Assembly: GCA_041166225.1 (NCBI GenBank)
Contig: JBEEFT010000184.1
Coordinates: forward strand, 6,058 to 70,057
Origin: Actinomycetota bacterium
GTDB lineage: Bacteria; Actinomycetota; Acidimicrobiia; Acidimicrobiales; JACCXE01
Direction: 5' to 3'
Length of the DNA stretch: 64,000 bases
Below, piece after piece: positions 1 through 10,060 of this stretch; the first letter of the stretch is position 1; every line of letters begins with the position of its first letter. Under the pieces are notes generated by a model. The model saw only the letters and a list, made by a program, of their open reading frames with translations, was not told the DNA's origin and searched no databases. The position numbers and the translations under genes were made by a program.

Positions 1-1100
1 TCACAACGAAGAGCGGCTTCAGCCTCCGAGGCAGCAAGAACCACCCGCTGTTGTGCCTCGTGCCGGTAGCGGGCGTCCCGATGCTGCAGTGGCTAATGCT
101 CGACGAAATCACAGAGGGCACCGTCGTCTGCCTTGCCCGCAACGCGTGGATGAACGTCATTCCGCGCGCGCGCGAGATGCAACTCGGTGTGCTCTGCGGC
201 GCGTGGGTGTCCGAAGGTTTCGCGTCCGAGAACCGTGCCGGCATCAACAACACGGACTTCAATTTCTTCGAGGAGATTCTCGAGGCGTACGACGTCATTG
301 TTGGTGGGTCGCGTTACGTGGCGAAACGAGAGACGCGCGTAGACCGCAAGGCGATTTGGGAGCTCGATGTCCAGTCCATGGACGCCTTCAAAGCCAGTCC
401 GCTAGGCGAATTGGTAGGAAGCAAAGCGAGCGACAAGTTCGTTCCATCCGCGGTTTGGAAGGGCGGTTGGGGCGTAAAGCGAGCGTTCCTCATGGCCTGT
501 TTCGAGGGTGATGGCGGCCCCCGAAAGGGCACGGACAATTCGTTCTCGGTTCACTACACGACGTACAGCGAACGCCTCGCTCAGGAGTTGCAGGAGCTCC
601 TCGCAGAGTTCGGGGTGATCGCCAGTATTCAGCGCTACACAAAAGCGAGCGGTGCGATCGAGTTGCGGCTGATCATCAGCGGGCTGCGCAACGTCAAGGC
701 ATTTGCAGAGCGCGTTGGTTTCTTGAAAACCAAGCAAGCCAAGCTCGATGAACTGATTCGCAGGGCGCCCCTTCGAGCGCATCGACTGACGCAGGACCAC
801 GTCCCGTTCGTAGCCGACTTCGTACGCGACGAACTTGAGGATCGCGGGCGTGGCAGTGGGCGCTCGTGGCTCATGGCACACAACTTCGATCGCATCGAGC
901 GGTGGGAGAGCGAGCGCCTTCGCATCATCGATCGGATAAAGGATCCGGAGATCCTCGCCACGATCCTTCCGATCATGGACTCGGGCTATCGCTTCGAGCG
1001 GATCGTTTCGGTTACCGACGAGGAACCCGCCGAGGTCTATTCGCTGCGGGTTGACAGCGAGGACCATTCGTTCCTCGCCGGCGGTTTCGTAAACCACAAC
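1..1100 (+). mobile_element. GyrA intein with LAGLIDADG homing-endonuclease domain (N-terminus lies upstream of the window)
   Basis: nt 3-90 encode ..[28 protein letters not shown], which resembles mycobacterial GyrA intein block B. There are two LAGLIDADG-type motifs: [14 protein letters not shown] (~183-224) and [15 protein letters not shown] (~477-521). The C-terminal splicing blocks [22 protein letters not shown] end at 1100 and are followed by Thr+1 (acc 1101-1103). Confidence 0.85.
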
Positions 1101-3200
1101 ACCGAGTGCCGCCTCGGACTACTCGCCAACGAAATGCTGGCGGGAATCGACGAGAACACTGTCGACTTCGAACCGAACTACACGTTCGAATTCGAACAGC
1201 CAAGCGTGCTGCCATCGCGGTTCCCGAATTTGTTGGTCAATGGGTCACAAGGCATCGCGGTCGGCATGGCCACGAACATCCCGCCGCACAACCTCGGCGA
1301 AGTGATCGACGCCACGATCCACCTGATCGACAACCCCGACGCCACGCCCGACGAACTGATGAAGTTCGTGCACGGTCCCGATTTCCCGACCGGCGGGCTG
1401 ATCCTCGGGCGTCAGGGAATCATCGACGCCTATCGCACGGGCCGCGGTTCCATCCGCGTTCGCGCCAAGACCGAGATCGTGGAAGACAAGAAGGGCGGCG
1501 TCTCAATCGTCGTCAGCGAGTTGCCGTATCAGGCGTCGATGAATGCGATTACGACGCGCATCGCCGAGCTGGTGAACAACAAAGAACTCGAAGGCATCCG
1601 GGCGCTCGACGACCTGTCATCGGGTGTCGACACCAGGCTCGTGATCGGCCTCAAGCGCGACGCCAACGCGCTCGTCGTGTTGAACAACCTGTTCAAGCAC
1701 ACCCAGCTGCAAACCAGCTTCGGCGTGAACATGGTTGCCCTGGTCGACGGCGTGCCCCGCACATTGAACCTGGTCGACGCGCTCAAGGCCTACATCGAGC
1801 ATCAGGTCGACGTCATCACGCGGCGTTCCGAGTTCCGTTTGAAGAAGGCGCAAGACCGAGCGCACATCGTCGAAGGCCTACTGAAGGCGCTCGACATGAT
1901 CGACCGGATCATTGCGTTGGTGCGCGCGTCCGCCGACCGGGCCGAGGCCCGAACTGGTCTCATGGCCGAAGGTTTCGACTTCAGCGAGATTCAGGCCAAC
2001 CACATTCTCGACATGACGATTGGGCGCCTGACGCGCCTGGGTCGCAGCGAGCTCGACGCCGAGATGGCCCAGCTGCGCGAGACGATCGCGGAGCTTCAAG
2101 ACATCCTGTCGAAGCCCGAGGTGCTGCGCACGGTCATCAAGACCGAGATGGGCGCCATCCGCGACAAGTTCGCGACCGGGCGCCGCGCGATCATCACCCA
2201 CGACCCCGGCGAACTCGGCGCCGAAGACTTCATCGACGACGAAGACCTCGTGTTCCTGATTACGCGGGCGGGCTACGTGAAGACCGTTGCCGCGGGCGCG
2301 TTCCGCACGCAGGGCCGCGGCGGTCGCGGTATCGCGGGCGCGAAGCTGAAGGAAGAAGACCTCATCGCGCAGGTCATCCACACGACCGCGCATGCGTTCT
2401 TGTTGTTCTTCTCCACGCGTGGCCGCGTGTTCCGCCTCAAAGCACACGAGATCCCGATGAAGGACCGCACGGCGCGGGGCACGCCGGTGATCAACCTGCT
2501 GCCGCTCGAGCCCGACGAAAAGATCCAGGCGGTCATCGCAACGCGTGACTACCCCAGCGACAAGATGCTGTTGTTCGCCACGAAGAAGGGCGTGATCAAA
2601 AAGACGCCGTTCTCCGAGTACGACAAGAGCCGTCGCGAAGGCTTTATCGCCATCACGCTGAAAGAGGGCGACGAGTTGGTGCGCGTGCTCACCACGAGCG
2701 GCACCGACGACATCTTCCTTGTCACCAGGAGCGGAGCGACTTTGCGCTTCGACGAGCAGTCGGTGCGGCCTACGGGCCGCTCAGCCCAGGGCGTCATCGG
2801 CATGCGCATGCGCGCCGACGACGAGGTGGTTAGTTGCGACGTCGCTCGCGACGACACCGCCATTCTCATCGTCACCGATGCTGGTTTCGGTAAGCGCACG
2901 CAACTCGACAAGTTCCCGCGCAAGGGCCGCGGCGGCCTCGGCATGAAGGGGATCAAGCTCACGGCTAAGCGCGGCTTTGTTGTCGCTGCCTTCATGGTGG
3001 GCTTGGACGACGAAATCATGCTCGCCGCTTCCAACGGTGTCACCGCCCGGATGCCGGTGCGCTCGATTTCAAGCCAGGGCCGAGACGCCACGGGTGTGCG
3101 GGTGATGAACCTCGATAACGGAGCGACCCTTGCCACGGCGGCTCCCATCATCCAGGCTGAAGAAGCCGTCGACGACGACACGGCGATGCCGGTTCAGTAG
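1..3200 (+). CDS. gyrA: DNA gyrase subunit A, 5'-truncated by the window edge and interrupted by an intein (C-extein starts at 1101)
   Basis: Frame 3 is open from nt 3. After ...GGFVNHN the sequence [13 protein letters not shown]...[25 protein letters not shown] matches the GyrA segment that follows the catalytic Tyr. A long C-terminal repeat region follows, and the stop is TAG at 3198-3200. Confidence 0.95.
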   Translation, partial: TTKSGFSLRGSKNHPLLCLVPVAGVPMLQWLMLDEITEGTVVCLARNAWMNVIPRAREMQLGVLCGAWVSEGFASENRAGINNTDFNFFEEILEAYDVIVGGSRYVAKRETRVDRKAIWELDVQSMDAFKASPLGELVGSKASDKFVPSAVWKGGWGVKRAFLMACFEGDGGPRKGTDNSFSVHYTTYSERLAQELQELLAEFGVIASIQRYTKASGAIELRLIISGLRNVKAFAERVGFLKTKQAKLDELIRRAPLRAHRLTQDHVPFVADFVRDELEDRGRGSGRSWLMAHNFDRIERWESERLRIIDRIKDPEILATILPIMDSGYRFERIVSVTDEEPAEVYSLRVDSEDHSFLAGGFVNHNTECRLGLLANEMLAGIDENTVDFEPNYTFEFEQPSVLPSRFPNLLVNGSQGIAVGMATNIPPHNLGEVIDATIHLIDNPDATPDELMKFVHGPDFPTGGLILGRQGIIDAYRTGRGSIRVRAKTEIVEDKKGGVSIVVSELPYQASMNAITTRIAELVNNKELEGIRALDDLSSGVDTRLVIGLKRDANALVVLNNLFKHTQLQTSFGVNMVALVDGVPRTLNLVDALKAYIEHQVDVITRRSEFRLKKAQDRAHIVEGLLKALDMIDRIIALVRASADRAEARTGLMAEGFDFSEIQANHILDMTIGRLTRLGRSELDAEMAQLRETIAELQDILSKPEVLRTVIKTEMGAIRDKFATGRRAIITHDPGELGAEDFIDDEDLVFLITRAGYVKTVAAGAFRTQGRGGRGIAGAKLKEEDLIAQVIHTTAHAFLLFFSTRGRVFRLKAHEIPMKDRTARGTPVINLLPLEPDEKIQAVIATRDYPSDKMLLFATKKGVIKKTPFSEYDKSRREGFIAITLKEGDELVRVLTTSGTDDIFLVTRSGATLRFDEQSVRPTGRSAQGVIGMRMRADDEVVSCDVARDDTAILIVTDAGFGKRTQLDKFPRKGRGGLGMKGIKLTAKRGFVVAAFMVGLDDEIMLAASNGVTARMPVRSISSQGRDATGVRVMNLDNGATLATAAPIIQAEEAVDDDTAMPVQ

Positions 3201-3238
3201 CGCTTCCCCCACAACCGAACTGATATCGGAGGTGGGAC

Positions 3239-3766
3239 ATGCGCGCTCGCGCACGCAATTCGGAACGGGCCCAAGTGGTGCCGTTGCTGGCCGCAGTGGT
3301 CGTGTTCGCGGGGTTGGCGATGATCGCCCTTGGACATCTGGGTGGGGGAGCGGTGGAGCGCGCTGAAGCGCGTCGCGCCGCTGACGCCGCTGCACTCGCA
3401 GGAGCGGCCGAAGGCCGCGTCGGCGCCGACCGACTGGCGGATGCCAACAACGCGACCGTCGCCGGTTACGACGAATCAGGTCACGACGCCGAGGTCGTCG
3501 TTCACTACGGCCAGGCGCGGGCGATCGCGCGCGCCAGGCGCGACGGCGGGGGCATCGGTACGCGCCCCGGCGACCCCGCGCCAGCGTTGCGGGCCGCGCT
3601 CGCCCGCGCCGCCCAGATCCTCGGTCACAAGCCGCACGTTGTCCGGGCGCACGATCTGGTCGTCGATCTCACCGCCGACGGCTACGCCGAACTCGAGCCG
3701 CGGGCGGCCGAGGCGGGGCTCTGCCCCAGCGCCCCAAACCAGATGAGAGTGTGCGGCGCCGATTGA
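3239..3766 (+). CDS. Membrane-anchored hypothetical protein, TadE/Rv3654c-like N-terminal region (tentative)
   Basis: A strong SD (ggaggtg) lies 5-6 nt upstream of the ATG. There is one N-terminal TM helix. The pattern AEARRAADAAALAGAAEG...NATV..(short beta segment) is typical of TadE-like pseudopilin-type proteins. Function was not verifiable here. Confidence 0.4.
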   Translation: MRARARNSERAQVVPLLAAVVVFAGLAMIALGHLGGGAVERAEARRAADAAALAGAAEGRVGADRLADANNATVAGYDESGHDAEVVVHYGQARAIARARRDGGGIGTRPGDPAPALRAALARAAQILGHKPHVVRAHDLVVDLTADGYAELEPRAAEAGLCPSAPNQMRVCGAD

Positions 3767-3782
3767 CCACTAACTTCAGGCG

Positions 3783-4130
3783 ATGCCCGCGCGTCAGTAC
3801 ACGCTGCGGTCGATCAACGTGCGCAGCGTCGTGCGGGTGTCGGCCGTCCTTTATGCCTGCGTGGTAATGGTGTTCGTGGTGGCCTGGGTGATCCTGTGGA
3901 TCGTCGCCGGCGTGTTGGGTGTGACGGGCAACGTCGAGGACTTCGTGGCCAAGTTGTTCGCGCTTGACTCATTCCACTTCTCGGTGTGGGCGCAACTCGG
4001 TGCCACGATCATCGGTGGCCCGGTTCTGATCGCGATTGGCACCGGGGCCAATGCACTGGCCGCAACCTTCTACAACCAGATCACCGAACTCGTCGGTGGT
4101 ATCCAGATCGACGTCGACCTCGACGACTAG
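3783..4130 (+). CDS. DUF3566-type transmembrane protein (the conserved actinobacterial gene downstream of gyrA)
   Basis: 115 aa. The sequence YTLRSINVRSVVRVSAVLYACVVMVFVVAW... has two TM segments. Its position directly after gyrA and before tRNA-Ile matches the layout in mycobacteria. Confidence 0.7.
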   Translation: MPARQYTLRSINVRSVVRVSAVLYACVVMVFVVAWVILWIVAGVLGVTGNVEDFVAKLFALDSFHFSVWAQLGATIIGGPVLIAIGTGANALAATFYNQITELVGGIQIDVDLDD

Positions 4131-4154
4131 TTAGATTCAGCGCTCCTGCACTGC

Positions 4155-4231
4155 GGGGATATAGCTCAGCTGGTTAGAGCGCAGCACTGATAATGCTGAG
4201 GTCCCTGGTTCGATTCCAGGTATCCCCACCA
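4155..4231 (+). tRNA. tRNA-Ile (anticodon GAT at 4189-4191), CCA encoded
   Basis: Hand-folded cloverleaf: acceptor GGGGATA/TATCCCC, D stem GCTC/GAGC, anticodon stem CAGCA/TGCTG with loop CTGATAA, T arm CCTGG-TTCGATT-CCAGG, discriminator A plus CCA. Confidence 0.95.
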
Positions 4232-4457
4232 CCCACGCTGACAGCGCTCGCGTCAGTTAAACAACGCGCGCGGCCCCAATCCCGCGAAGCGGGGCTAAAA
4301 CCCACACACGCTGGGTATACGTGGACCGCTTCGGCAGGTAAGTCGCTCGTGCGCGCTTGCAGTCGCTAGCGTGGACTCAAGATTCTGGGGACTCGCCCGC
4401 AAGGGCCGGCCCGGATGAGCGTTTCAATCGAAACCAAAACTCAGGAGCTTTCTCAAC

Positions 4458-6425
4458 ATGCGTATTCGTCGTTGGACAACCGCAGGGCTAGCCGCCCTCG
4501 TGGCGGTCCCCGCGCTCTTCGTGGCCAATGCAGGCCCAGCGCACGCTGCTACCGGACCATATGGCGGGAGCGCCACAGGCGATCTGGTCCATGTCCTCGC
4601 TGCCGGGATTCCCGGCGCGCTCGACCCTGCACTGGTCGACGCGCATGTCGCGCCGTCCAAGGCGCTCGTGAACTCGGCGGGCCTGGGTTCGCCGTACGCG
4701 GGCAAACGATCGGCGGCCCGGGCCACGAACGCCGACGCGTCGCTCATTGGTGGCGCGATCCCGTTGAACCTCGTTACGACCGCCGAGCAGACCGCACCGC
4801 CGAATAACTCGACGCCAAACGTCGTGAGCGCCACGGGTCCGATCGACTTGTCGCCTATCGCCACGGCCGATCTCGCCACGGGTTCGGCGATTGCGCACTG
4901 GGGCGCGTCCGATACCACCTGTGTTGCGCCCGGAACGCCGATCGCGCAGGGCAAGGAGTCGCTCGCAAACGCCAGCGTCCTCACCGGTCTCGGCGATCCG
5001 CTCGGAGACGCCGTGTTGTCGATCACCAACGGCAACGGCGGCGCCGCGTACACGCAATCCACGGTCGGCCTCGTCGACGTTGCTGGCCAGACCAACAAGG
5101 GCCTGAAGTCCGAGTCGCTCGATCAGCTCACCGGCGTCGTTCTGTTCAAGGGCACCGCCAACGAGTTGACGATCAACGTGGTCGCACCTCCGCGACTCAC
5201 CGCGATTGCCACCGGTAAGAAGGCGACGTCTGACGTCACCTACACCGAGCCTGTCCTGCAGATCATCCAAGGCGGCACCGTTACAAATGTGCTCGACGCC
5301 TCCGACGCCAACCTCACGGTCGAGCTCCCCGGCGTGCTCCTGCGACTCAAGCTGGGCACGCTCGACAATAAGGTCACAAGCGACACCGAAGCATCTGGTA
5401 CGGCCAAGCTGCTCGAGCTCTCTGTGCTCGACATCACCGGCACGTTCACGCTGGCGACGGCCGAAATTGCTCCGATGACCGTGTCGGCCAAGGTCCCCGC
5501 CGGTGGTGTGACCTGTGGGTCCAACGACCCGCTCGCCAACGTGCAGGTCGACGCGTCGACCCCGATCGTGCTGCCGGGCGGTTCGTTCGAGTACGCCGTC
5601 ACCGTTCCGAACACAGGCGACTGCACCGTGAACAACGTCAAGGTCGTCCTCACTGTCACCGGCCCGAGCGGCACCACTATCACGAGCATCACCCAGCCAC
5701 CGCCGGGAACGATTTCCGGACTCACTGCGACATGGCCAGACATCGGCAACATCGCTCCAGGGGAGCTGAAGGTCGTAAAAGCGACGGTGAAGGTACCGTC
5801 CGGAGCAACGAGTGGGGCCACGTTCAAGGGCACGGCTACGGCGTCGGGTACCTGCGACGGCGCGCCGGTGTCGCACACCGCTGACTCGGGCCCCGTCCCG
5901 CAGGTCGGCGCCGCCAGCTCGGGTTGTGACCTTTCGGCCAGCTCGATCTCGTCGTCGCACAAGGAAGTTCGCATCGGCGACTACTTCAACGAGTACGTCC
6001 GCCTGGCGAACCTCGGTAAGACGGCGTGCAACGGCATCAAGGTCACGGTGCCCTATCCCCCCGACACCAGCTTCGTTACCTGCACCGACGGCTGCACCCA
6101 CGACGACACCGCTCGCGTTGTCACGTGGAACATCCCGTCGCTCGCCTCGGGCACGTCAAAGGATCTCGTCGCTACGTTCAAGGTGAACCCCTCGGCGAAG
6201 TCCGGTGAGAACCTGGGGACCTCGGTCACCATCACGTCGGGTAAGCAGATTGTCACCGACAAGGATTCGTTGCCGATCGTCACTGCGGCAAACGTGCTCA
6301 ACGCCGGCGCCCAGCGCTCGCGTGGCCTGCTGCCCCGCACCGGTGCTGATCTGCCACTCGGCCTGGCGCTCACCCTCATGGGTGCGTTCCTTGGCCTGCG
6401 CGGTCTGCGCCGACGCATCGCGTAA
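4458..6425 (+). CDS. LPXTG-anchored surface protein with DUF11-type repeat domains
   Basis: AGGAG lies 10 nt upstream. The Sec signal is ...ANAGPAHA|AT. DUF11-like segments are present (FEYAVTVPNTGDCTVNNVKVVLTV; YVRLANLGKTACNGIKVTV). The C-terminal sorting signal is LPRTG followed by a hydrophobic helix and RRRIA. Confidence 0.85.
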   Translation: MRIRRWTTAGLAALVAVPALFVANAGPAHAATGPYGGSATGDLVHVLAAGIPGALDPALVDAHVAPSKALVNSAGLGSPYAGKRSAARATNADASLIGGAIPLNLVTTAEQTAPPNNSTPNVVSATGPIDLSPIATADLATGSAIAHWGASDTTCVAPGTPIAQGKESLANASVLTGLGDPLGDAVLSITNGNGGAAYTQSTVGLVDVAGQTNKGLKSESLDQLTGVVLFKGTANELTINVVAPPRLTAIATGKKATSDVTYTEPVLQIIQGGTVTNVLDASDANLTVELPGVLLRLKLGTLDNKVTSDTEASGTAKLLELSVLDITGTFTLATAEIAPMTVSAKVPAGGVTCGSNDPLANVQVDASTPIVLPGGSFEYAVTVPNTGDCTVNNVKVVLTVTGPSGTTITSITQPPPGTISGLTATWPDIGNIAPGELKVVKATVKVPSGATSGATFKGTATASGTCDGAPVSHTADSGPVPQVGAASSGCDLSASSISSSHKEVRIGDYFNEYVRLANLGKTACNGIKVTVPYPPDTSFVTCTDGCTHDDTARVVTWNIPSLASGTSKDLVATFKVNPSAKSGENLGTSVTITSGKQIVTDKDSLPIVTAANVLNAGAQRSRGLLPRTGADLPLGLALTLMGAFLGLRGLRRRIA

Positions 6426-6445
6426 CGCACCGCTAACGCATTGAC

Positions 6446-6477
6446 GCACGAGCCCCGGCTTCGGCCGGGGCTCGTGC
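6446..6477 (+). terminator. Strong stem-loop (14-bp perfect stem, TTCG loop) downstream of the surface-protein gene
   Basis: GCACGAGCCCCGGC-TTCG-GCCGGGGCTCGTGC, 21 nt after the stop. There is no U-tract, which is common in high-GC actinobacteria. Confidence 0.6.
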
Positions 6478-6511
6478 GCGTCTGGGGTTCGGTACGTCTT
6501 AGGGTGGGGGC

Positions 6512-6649
6512 GTGAAGGCACTCCGTCGAGCTGTTGTTGCTGTCGCGGTCGCCGCTGTCGTCGCGGCTTTCGTGCGTCTCCGTGGCGCAGGCGGCACACC
6601 GCCGAGCGGCGGGGGATGGCGCGAAGTCCCCGCAGACGACTTGAAGTAG
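6512..6649 (+). CDS. Candidate 45-aa single-pass membrane protein (not in the ORF track)
   Basis: GTG start preceded by a purine-rich stretch, gggtggggg. It translates to MKALRRAVVAVAVAAVVAAFVRLRGAGGTPPSGGGWREVPADDLK. It fills the gap between the terminator and the next gene, ending 4 nt before the 6654 ATG. Confidence 0.35.
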   Translation: MKALRRAVVAVAVAAVVAAFVRLRGAGGTPPSGGGWREVPADDLK

Positions 6650-6653
6650 CGAT

Positions 6654-7661
6654 ATGGCAGCGAAGACGGCCGGCATCCGAGCCGCCGTTGTCGGCACCGG
6701 TGCAGTCGGGCTGCGCGCGGCGCGCCAACTGCACGAGACCGACGGCGTGTCGTCGGTGGTCGTAGTGTCTCGCCGCGCAGCTCGCGCCGCGGCAATCGCC
6801 GCAGACTTAGGCGGCGCGGCGTCGGCCGGGGAGTGGCCGGGGGTTGCCACGTCGGTCGACGTCGTCGTCCTCGCGGTGCCCGATGCCGTGCAAGCCGATA
6901 TGGCTCGCGTCGCGATCGGTGACGGCGCCGATGTCGTAGCCACTGCGTCGTCGATCGGCGCGTACGACGCCATGGTCGGCCTCGCGCACCGCGCCGCGTC
7001 GCTCGACCGGGTGGTGGTCGCGAGCGCGGCGATGTCACCGGGGTTGACCTGTCTGCTCGCGTGGCGCGCCGCACGTGACCTCGACGTAGTCGACGAGGTG
7101 CACGTGGCTACGTCCGGCACCGGCGGACCAGCGTGTGCGCGAGCTACGCACGCAGCGCTGCGTGGCCCCGCGGCGCTTTGGCGCGACGGTCGCTGGCAAA
7201 GTGAGCCTGCAGGCTCGGGCCGCGAACTGTGCTGGTTCCCTGAACCGGTTGGCGGCCAAGACTGTTACGCGTCGAGTTCGGCCGAGACGTCGCTGATGCT
7301 CGCGTTGTTCCCGACGGCGCGGCGTATCAGTGCCCGTGTGGCGGCGACGCGCCGAGACCGCGCCACGTCGTGGCTGCCGATGCTGCGGCCGCCGCACCCC
7401 GAAGGTCTCCTCGGCGCGGTGCGAGTGGAGGTGCGGGGATGGAAGAGCGGCGCCGCGTGCACCAACGTGATGGGCGCCGTCGACCGCCCCGCTGTCGCGG
7501 CGGGAACATTGGCCGCGCTTTCGGCCGTGGCCTCGGCGCGGGGAGAGTTGGCTTACGGCGTCGGTGGCCTCGCGGCGCTAGCGAAGGACCCCGCCGCGCT
7601 GCTGGTCGGACTCGCCGAACGCGGGGTGAAGGTTGCGCAGTACGCAGGCGGCGGCGAGTAG
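6654..7661 (+). CDS. Rossmann-fold NAD(P)-binding protein, saccharopine-dehydrogenase-like (tentative)
   Basis: The N-terminal sequence IRAAVVGTGAVGLRAARQL contains a GxGxxG dinucleotide-binding motif. The remainder is not diagnostic by eye. Confidence 0.45.
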   Translation: MAAKTAGIRAAVVGTGAVGLRAARQLHETDGVSSVVVVSRRAARAAAIAADLGGAASAGEWPGVATSVDVVVLAVPDAVQADMARVAIGDGADVVATASSIGAYDAMVGLAHRAASLDRVVVASAAMSPGLTCLLAWRAARDLDVVDEVHVATSGTGGPACARATHAALRGPAALWRDGRWQSEPAGSGRELCWFPEPVGGQDCYASSSAETSLMLALFPTARRISARVAATRRDRATSWLPMLRPPHPEGLLGAVRVEVRGWKSGAACTNVMGAVDRPAVAAGTLAALSAVASARGELAYGVGGLAALAKDPAALLVGLAERGVKVAQYAGGGE

Positions 7662-7663
7662 CA

Positions 7664-8095
7664 CTACACCGAAACGGTGCCGCGCCCGACTTCGAGTTCG
7701 CGCAAACGCCGGCTGAGGTGTTCGAGCAGGCTTCGCGCGATGGCGCTGGTTCGCAGCACGTCTTCGAAGCGTTCCGCGTTGATCTTGTACAGGTGCATCG
7801 GCGTACGCGCGGTGACGGTGGCCGACCGTGGCAGGTGGTCGAGTAATCCCATTTCGCCGATGGGCTGACCCGGAACCGCCCGGGCGACGTCGTCGCCGCC
7901 AATGTTGATGTCGGCCTCGCCTTCGATCACGACGTAGCAGGCGTCGGCGACGCGACCCTGGTCGCACAGCACCGTCCCTGCGGGCACGTCGATTTCCTCG
8001 ACGATCGCGGCGAGCGCCTCGAGATCCTTCTTCGAGCATCGCCGGAACAATTCAACGTTGCCCAGCCGTTCGATCGTGTTCTTGTCAGGCGCCAT
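7664..8095 (-). CDS. Stand-alone cyclic-nucleotide-binding domain protein
   Basis: VELFRRCSKKDLEALAAIVEEIDVPAGTVLCDQGRVADACYVVIEGEADI...GEMGLLD..PRSATVTA is a CAP-effector-type cNMP-binding fold with no DNA-binding domain. I set the start at the ATG at 8095, which overlaps the upstream ABC ATPase stop by 11 nt. An alternative start is 8128. Confidence 0.8.
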   Translation of the reverse strand: MAPDKNTIERLGNVELFRRCSKKDLEALAAIVEEIDVPAGTVLCDQGRVADACYVVIEGEADINIGGDDVARAVPGQPIGEMGLLDHLPRSATVTARTPMHLYKINAERFEDVLRTSAIARSLLEHLSRRLRELEVGRGTVSV

Positions 8096-9065
8096 CGGTT
8101 TCTCCGATCGGGAAATGACAGGCGACAAAGTGGCCTGGTTTTAGCTCGGCGAGCGGCGGTTCGACCTCCGCGCAGTACGGCTCGGCCCGAGGGCACCGGG
8201 TGCGGAAGCGGCACCCTGAAGGCGGATCGATCGGCGACGGCGGATCACCAGCCACTGCGTCGGGCGCGGCGCCGGGACGGACCGTTGGATCCGGAACCGG
8301 GATCGAATCCAGAAGCGCTGCGGTGTAGTGATGCAACGGTCGGGCGTATAGCTCCTCGGCCCCGGCCAGCTCCACGATCTTGCCGAGGTACATCACTGCG
8401 ACCCGGTCGCTCACGTTCTTGACCACGCCCAAGTTGTGCGACACGAAGATCAGCGTCAGGCCGTAGCGCTCCTTCATGTCTTCGAGCAGGTTGAGAATCT
8501 GCGCTTGCACGGATACGTCGAGCGCGGAAACCGGCTCGTCGCAGATGATCAGGTTCGGGTCGAGCGCGAGGGCGCGGGCGATGCTGATCCGCTGGCACTG
8601 GCCACCGGAAAACTCGTGAGGCCGACGACCCGCGGCGGCGACATCGAGGCCGACCGCGTCGAGCAACTCGCGCACCTTGTCTTCGCGTTCTTCCTTTGTG
8701 CCGACGTTCCAAATCGCCAGCGGCTCGCCGATGATGTCGCGCACGCGCCGCCGCGGGTTCAGCGACGAGATCGGGTCTTGGAAGATCATCTGCAGGTCGC
8801 GCCGCACGGCGCGTAGCTCCTCACCGTGCAGGTTCGTCAGCTCGCGGCCGTTGTAGACGATCGAGCCGCTCGTCGGACGCGGGAGTTGCAGAATCGCGCG
8901 GCCCGTCGTCGACTTTCCGCACCCGGACTCGCCGACGAGCCCGAGCGTCTCTCCTTGGTAGACGTCGAAGTTCACCCCGGACACGGCGTGCACCTTGCGC
9001 CCCGCGCCCGCGGGGAACTCAACGGTGAGGTCGCGCACTTCGAGCAGCGTTTTGGGCGTGGTCAT
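8085..9065 (-). CDS. Peptide/nickel ABC transporter ATP-binding protein (OppF/DppF type)
   Basis: Walker A is GESGCGKST and the signature is FSGGQCQRISIARAL, followed by Walker B LIICDEPVSALD. The C-terminal oligopeptide-ABC extension has CRFRTRCP. The start MTTPKTLLEV at 9065 overlaps the upstream stop (ATGA). Confidence 0.9.
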   Translation of the reverse strand: MTTPKTLLEVRDLTVEFPAGAGRKVHAVSGVNFDVYQGETLGLVGESGCGKSTTGRAILQLPRPTSGSIVYNGRELTNLHGEELRAVRRDLQMIFQDPISSLNPRRRVRDIIGEPLAIWNVGTKEEREDKVRELLDAVGLDVAAAGRRPHEFSGGQCQRISIARALALDPNLIICDEPVSALDVSVQAQILNLLEDMKERYGLTLIFVSHNLGVVKNVSDRVAVMYLGKIVELAGAEELYARPLHHYTAALLDSIPVPDPTVRPGAAPDAVAGDPPSPIDPPSGCRFRTRCPRAEPYCAEVEPPLAELKPGHFVACHFPIGETDGA

Positions 9066-10060
9066 CCGCGCACCGGTACGCCGACCGGATACCAACACGC
9101 GAACGCGTGGTCGGCGGTCACCGTGTCGTCGGACATGAGCGGCGGCTCTTCGTGGTGGCAGTTGTCGCGCGCATACGGACACCGCGGCGAGAAATTGCAC
9201 CCCGCGGGTGGGTTCACGAGATCCGGTGGCCGACCGCCGATTGCGGGAAGACGCGTGTGGCTCGGCTGATCGGTCTTCGGGATCGAGTGGATCAAGGCCT
9301 CGGTGTAAGGCATGCGCATCTGTGTGAACAGCTCGCGGGTCGGCGCCTTCTCGACGATCTTGCCGGCGTACATCACCGCGATGTCGTCGGTGCGTCCGGC
9401 CACGACGCCAAGGTCGTGCGTCACGAGGATCATCGCCATGTGTCGTTCACGCTGCTTGTCCTGAAGCAGGTTGAGGATCTGCGACTGCACGGTGACGTCG
9501 AGGGCGGTCGTCGGCTCGTCTGCGATCAGCAACTTCGGCCCACACGCGATCGCAATGGCGATCGTGACGCGTTGGCGCATCCCGCCCGAGAGTTCGAAGG
9601 GGAACTGTTTCATGCGGCGCTCAGGCTCGGGGATGCCGACGCTGCGCAACAGTGCGACCGCAGTTTCGATCGCCCGTTCCTTCTCCATACCGAGGTGCAC
9701 GCGCAGGCCTTCGGTGACCTGGTTACCGATCTTCATCACGGGGTTCAGCGACGTCATCGGGTCCTGGAAGACCATGCCGATCTCGGCGCCCCACACGGCG
9801 CGCATCTGCTTGGCGTCGAGCGAGGACAGGTCGCGTCCTTCGAACAGAACCCGGCCTTCACTGACCACGTTCTTGGGTGGCAACAAACCCATGATCGAAC
9901 GCGACAGCACCGTCTTGCCCGACCCTGACTCGCCGACGATGCCAAGCGTTTCGCCACGCTCGAGCGTGAACGACACACCGTCGACCGCGCGCACGGTTCC
10001 GCGGTTGGTGCGGAAGTGCGTGACGAGATCCTCGACGACGAGCAGGGGCTGGTCGGTCAC
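9062..10060 (-). CDS. Peptide/nickel ABC transporter ATP-binding protein (OppD/DppD type)
   Basis: GESGSGKTV, LSGGMRQRVTIAIA, LLIADEPTTALD, and a C-terminal CNFSPRCP motif. Confidence 0.9.
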   Translation of the reverse strand: MTDQPLLVVEDLVTHFRTNRGTVRAVDGVSFTLERGETLGIVGESGSGKTVLSRSIMGLLPPKNVVSEGRVLFEGRDLSSLDAKQMRAVWGAEIGMVFQDPMTSLNPVMKIGNQVTEGLRVHLGMEKERAIETAVALLRSVGIPEPERRMKQFPFELSGGMRQRVTIAIAIACGPKLLIADEPTTALDVTVQSQILNLLQDKQRERHMAMILVTHDLGVVAGRTDDIAVMYAGKIVEKAPTRELFTQMRMPYTEALIHSIPKTDQPSHTRLPAIGGRPPDLVNPPAGCNFSPRCPYARDNCHHEEPPLMSDDTVTADHAFACWYPVGVPVRG

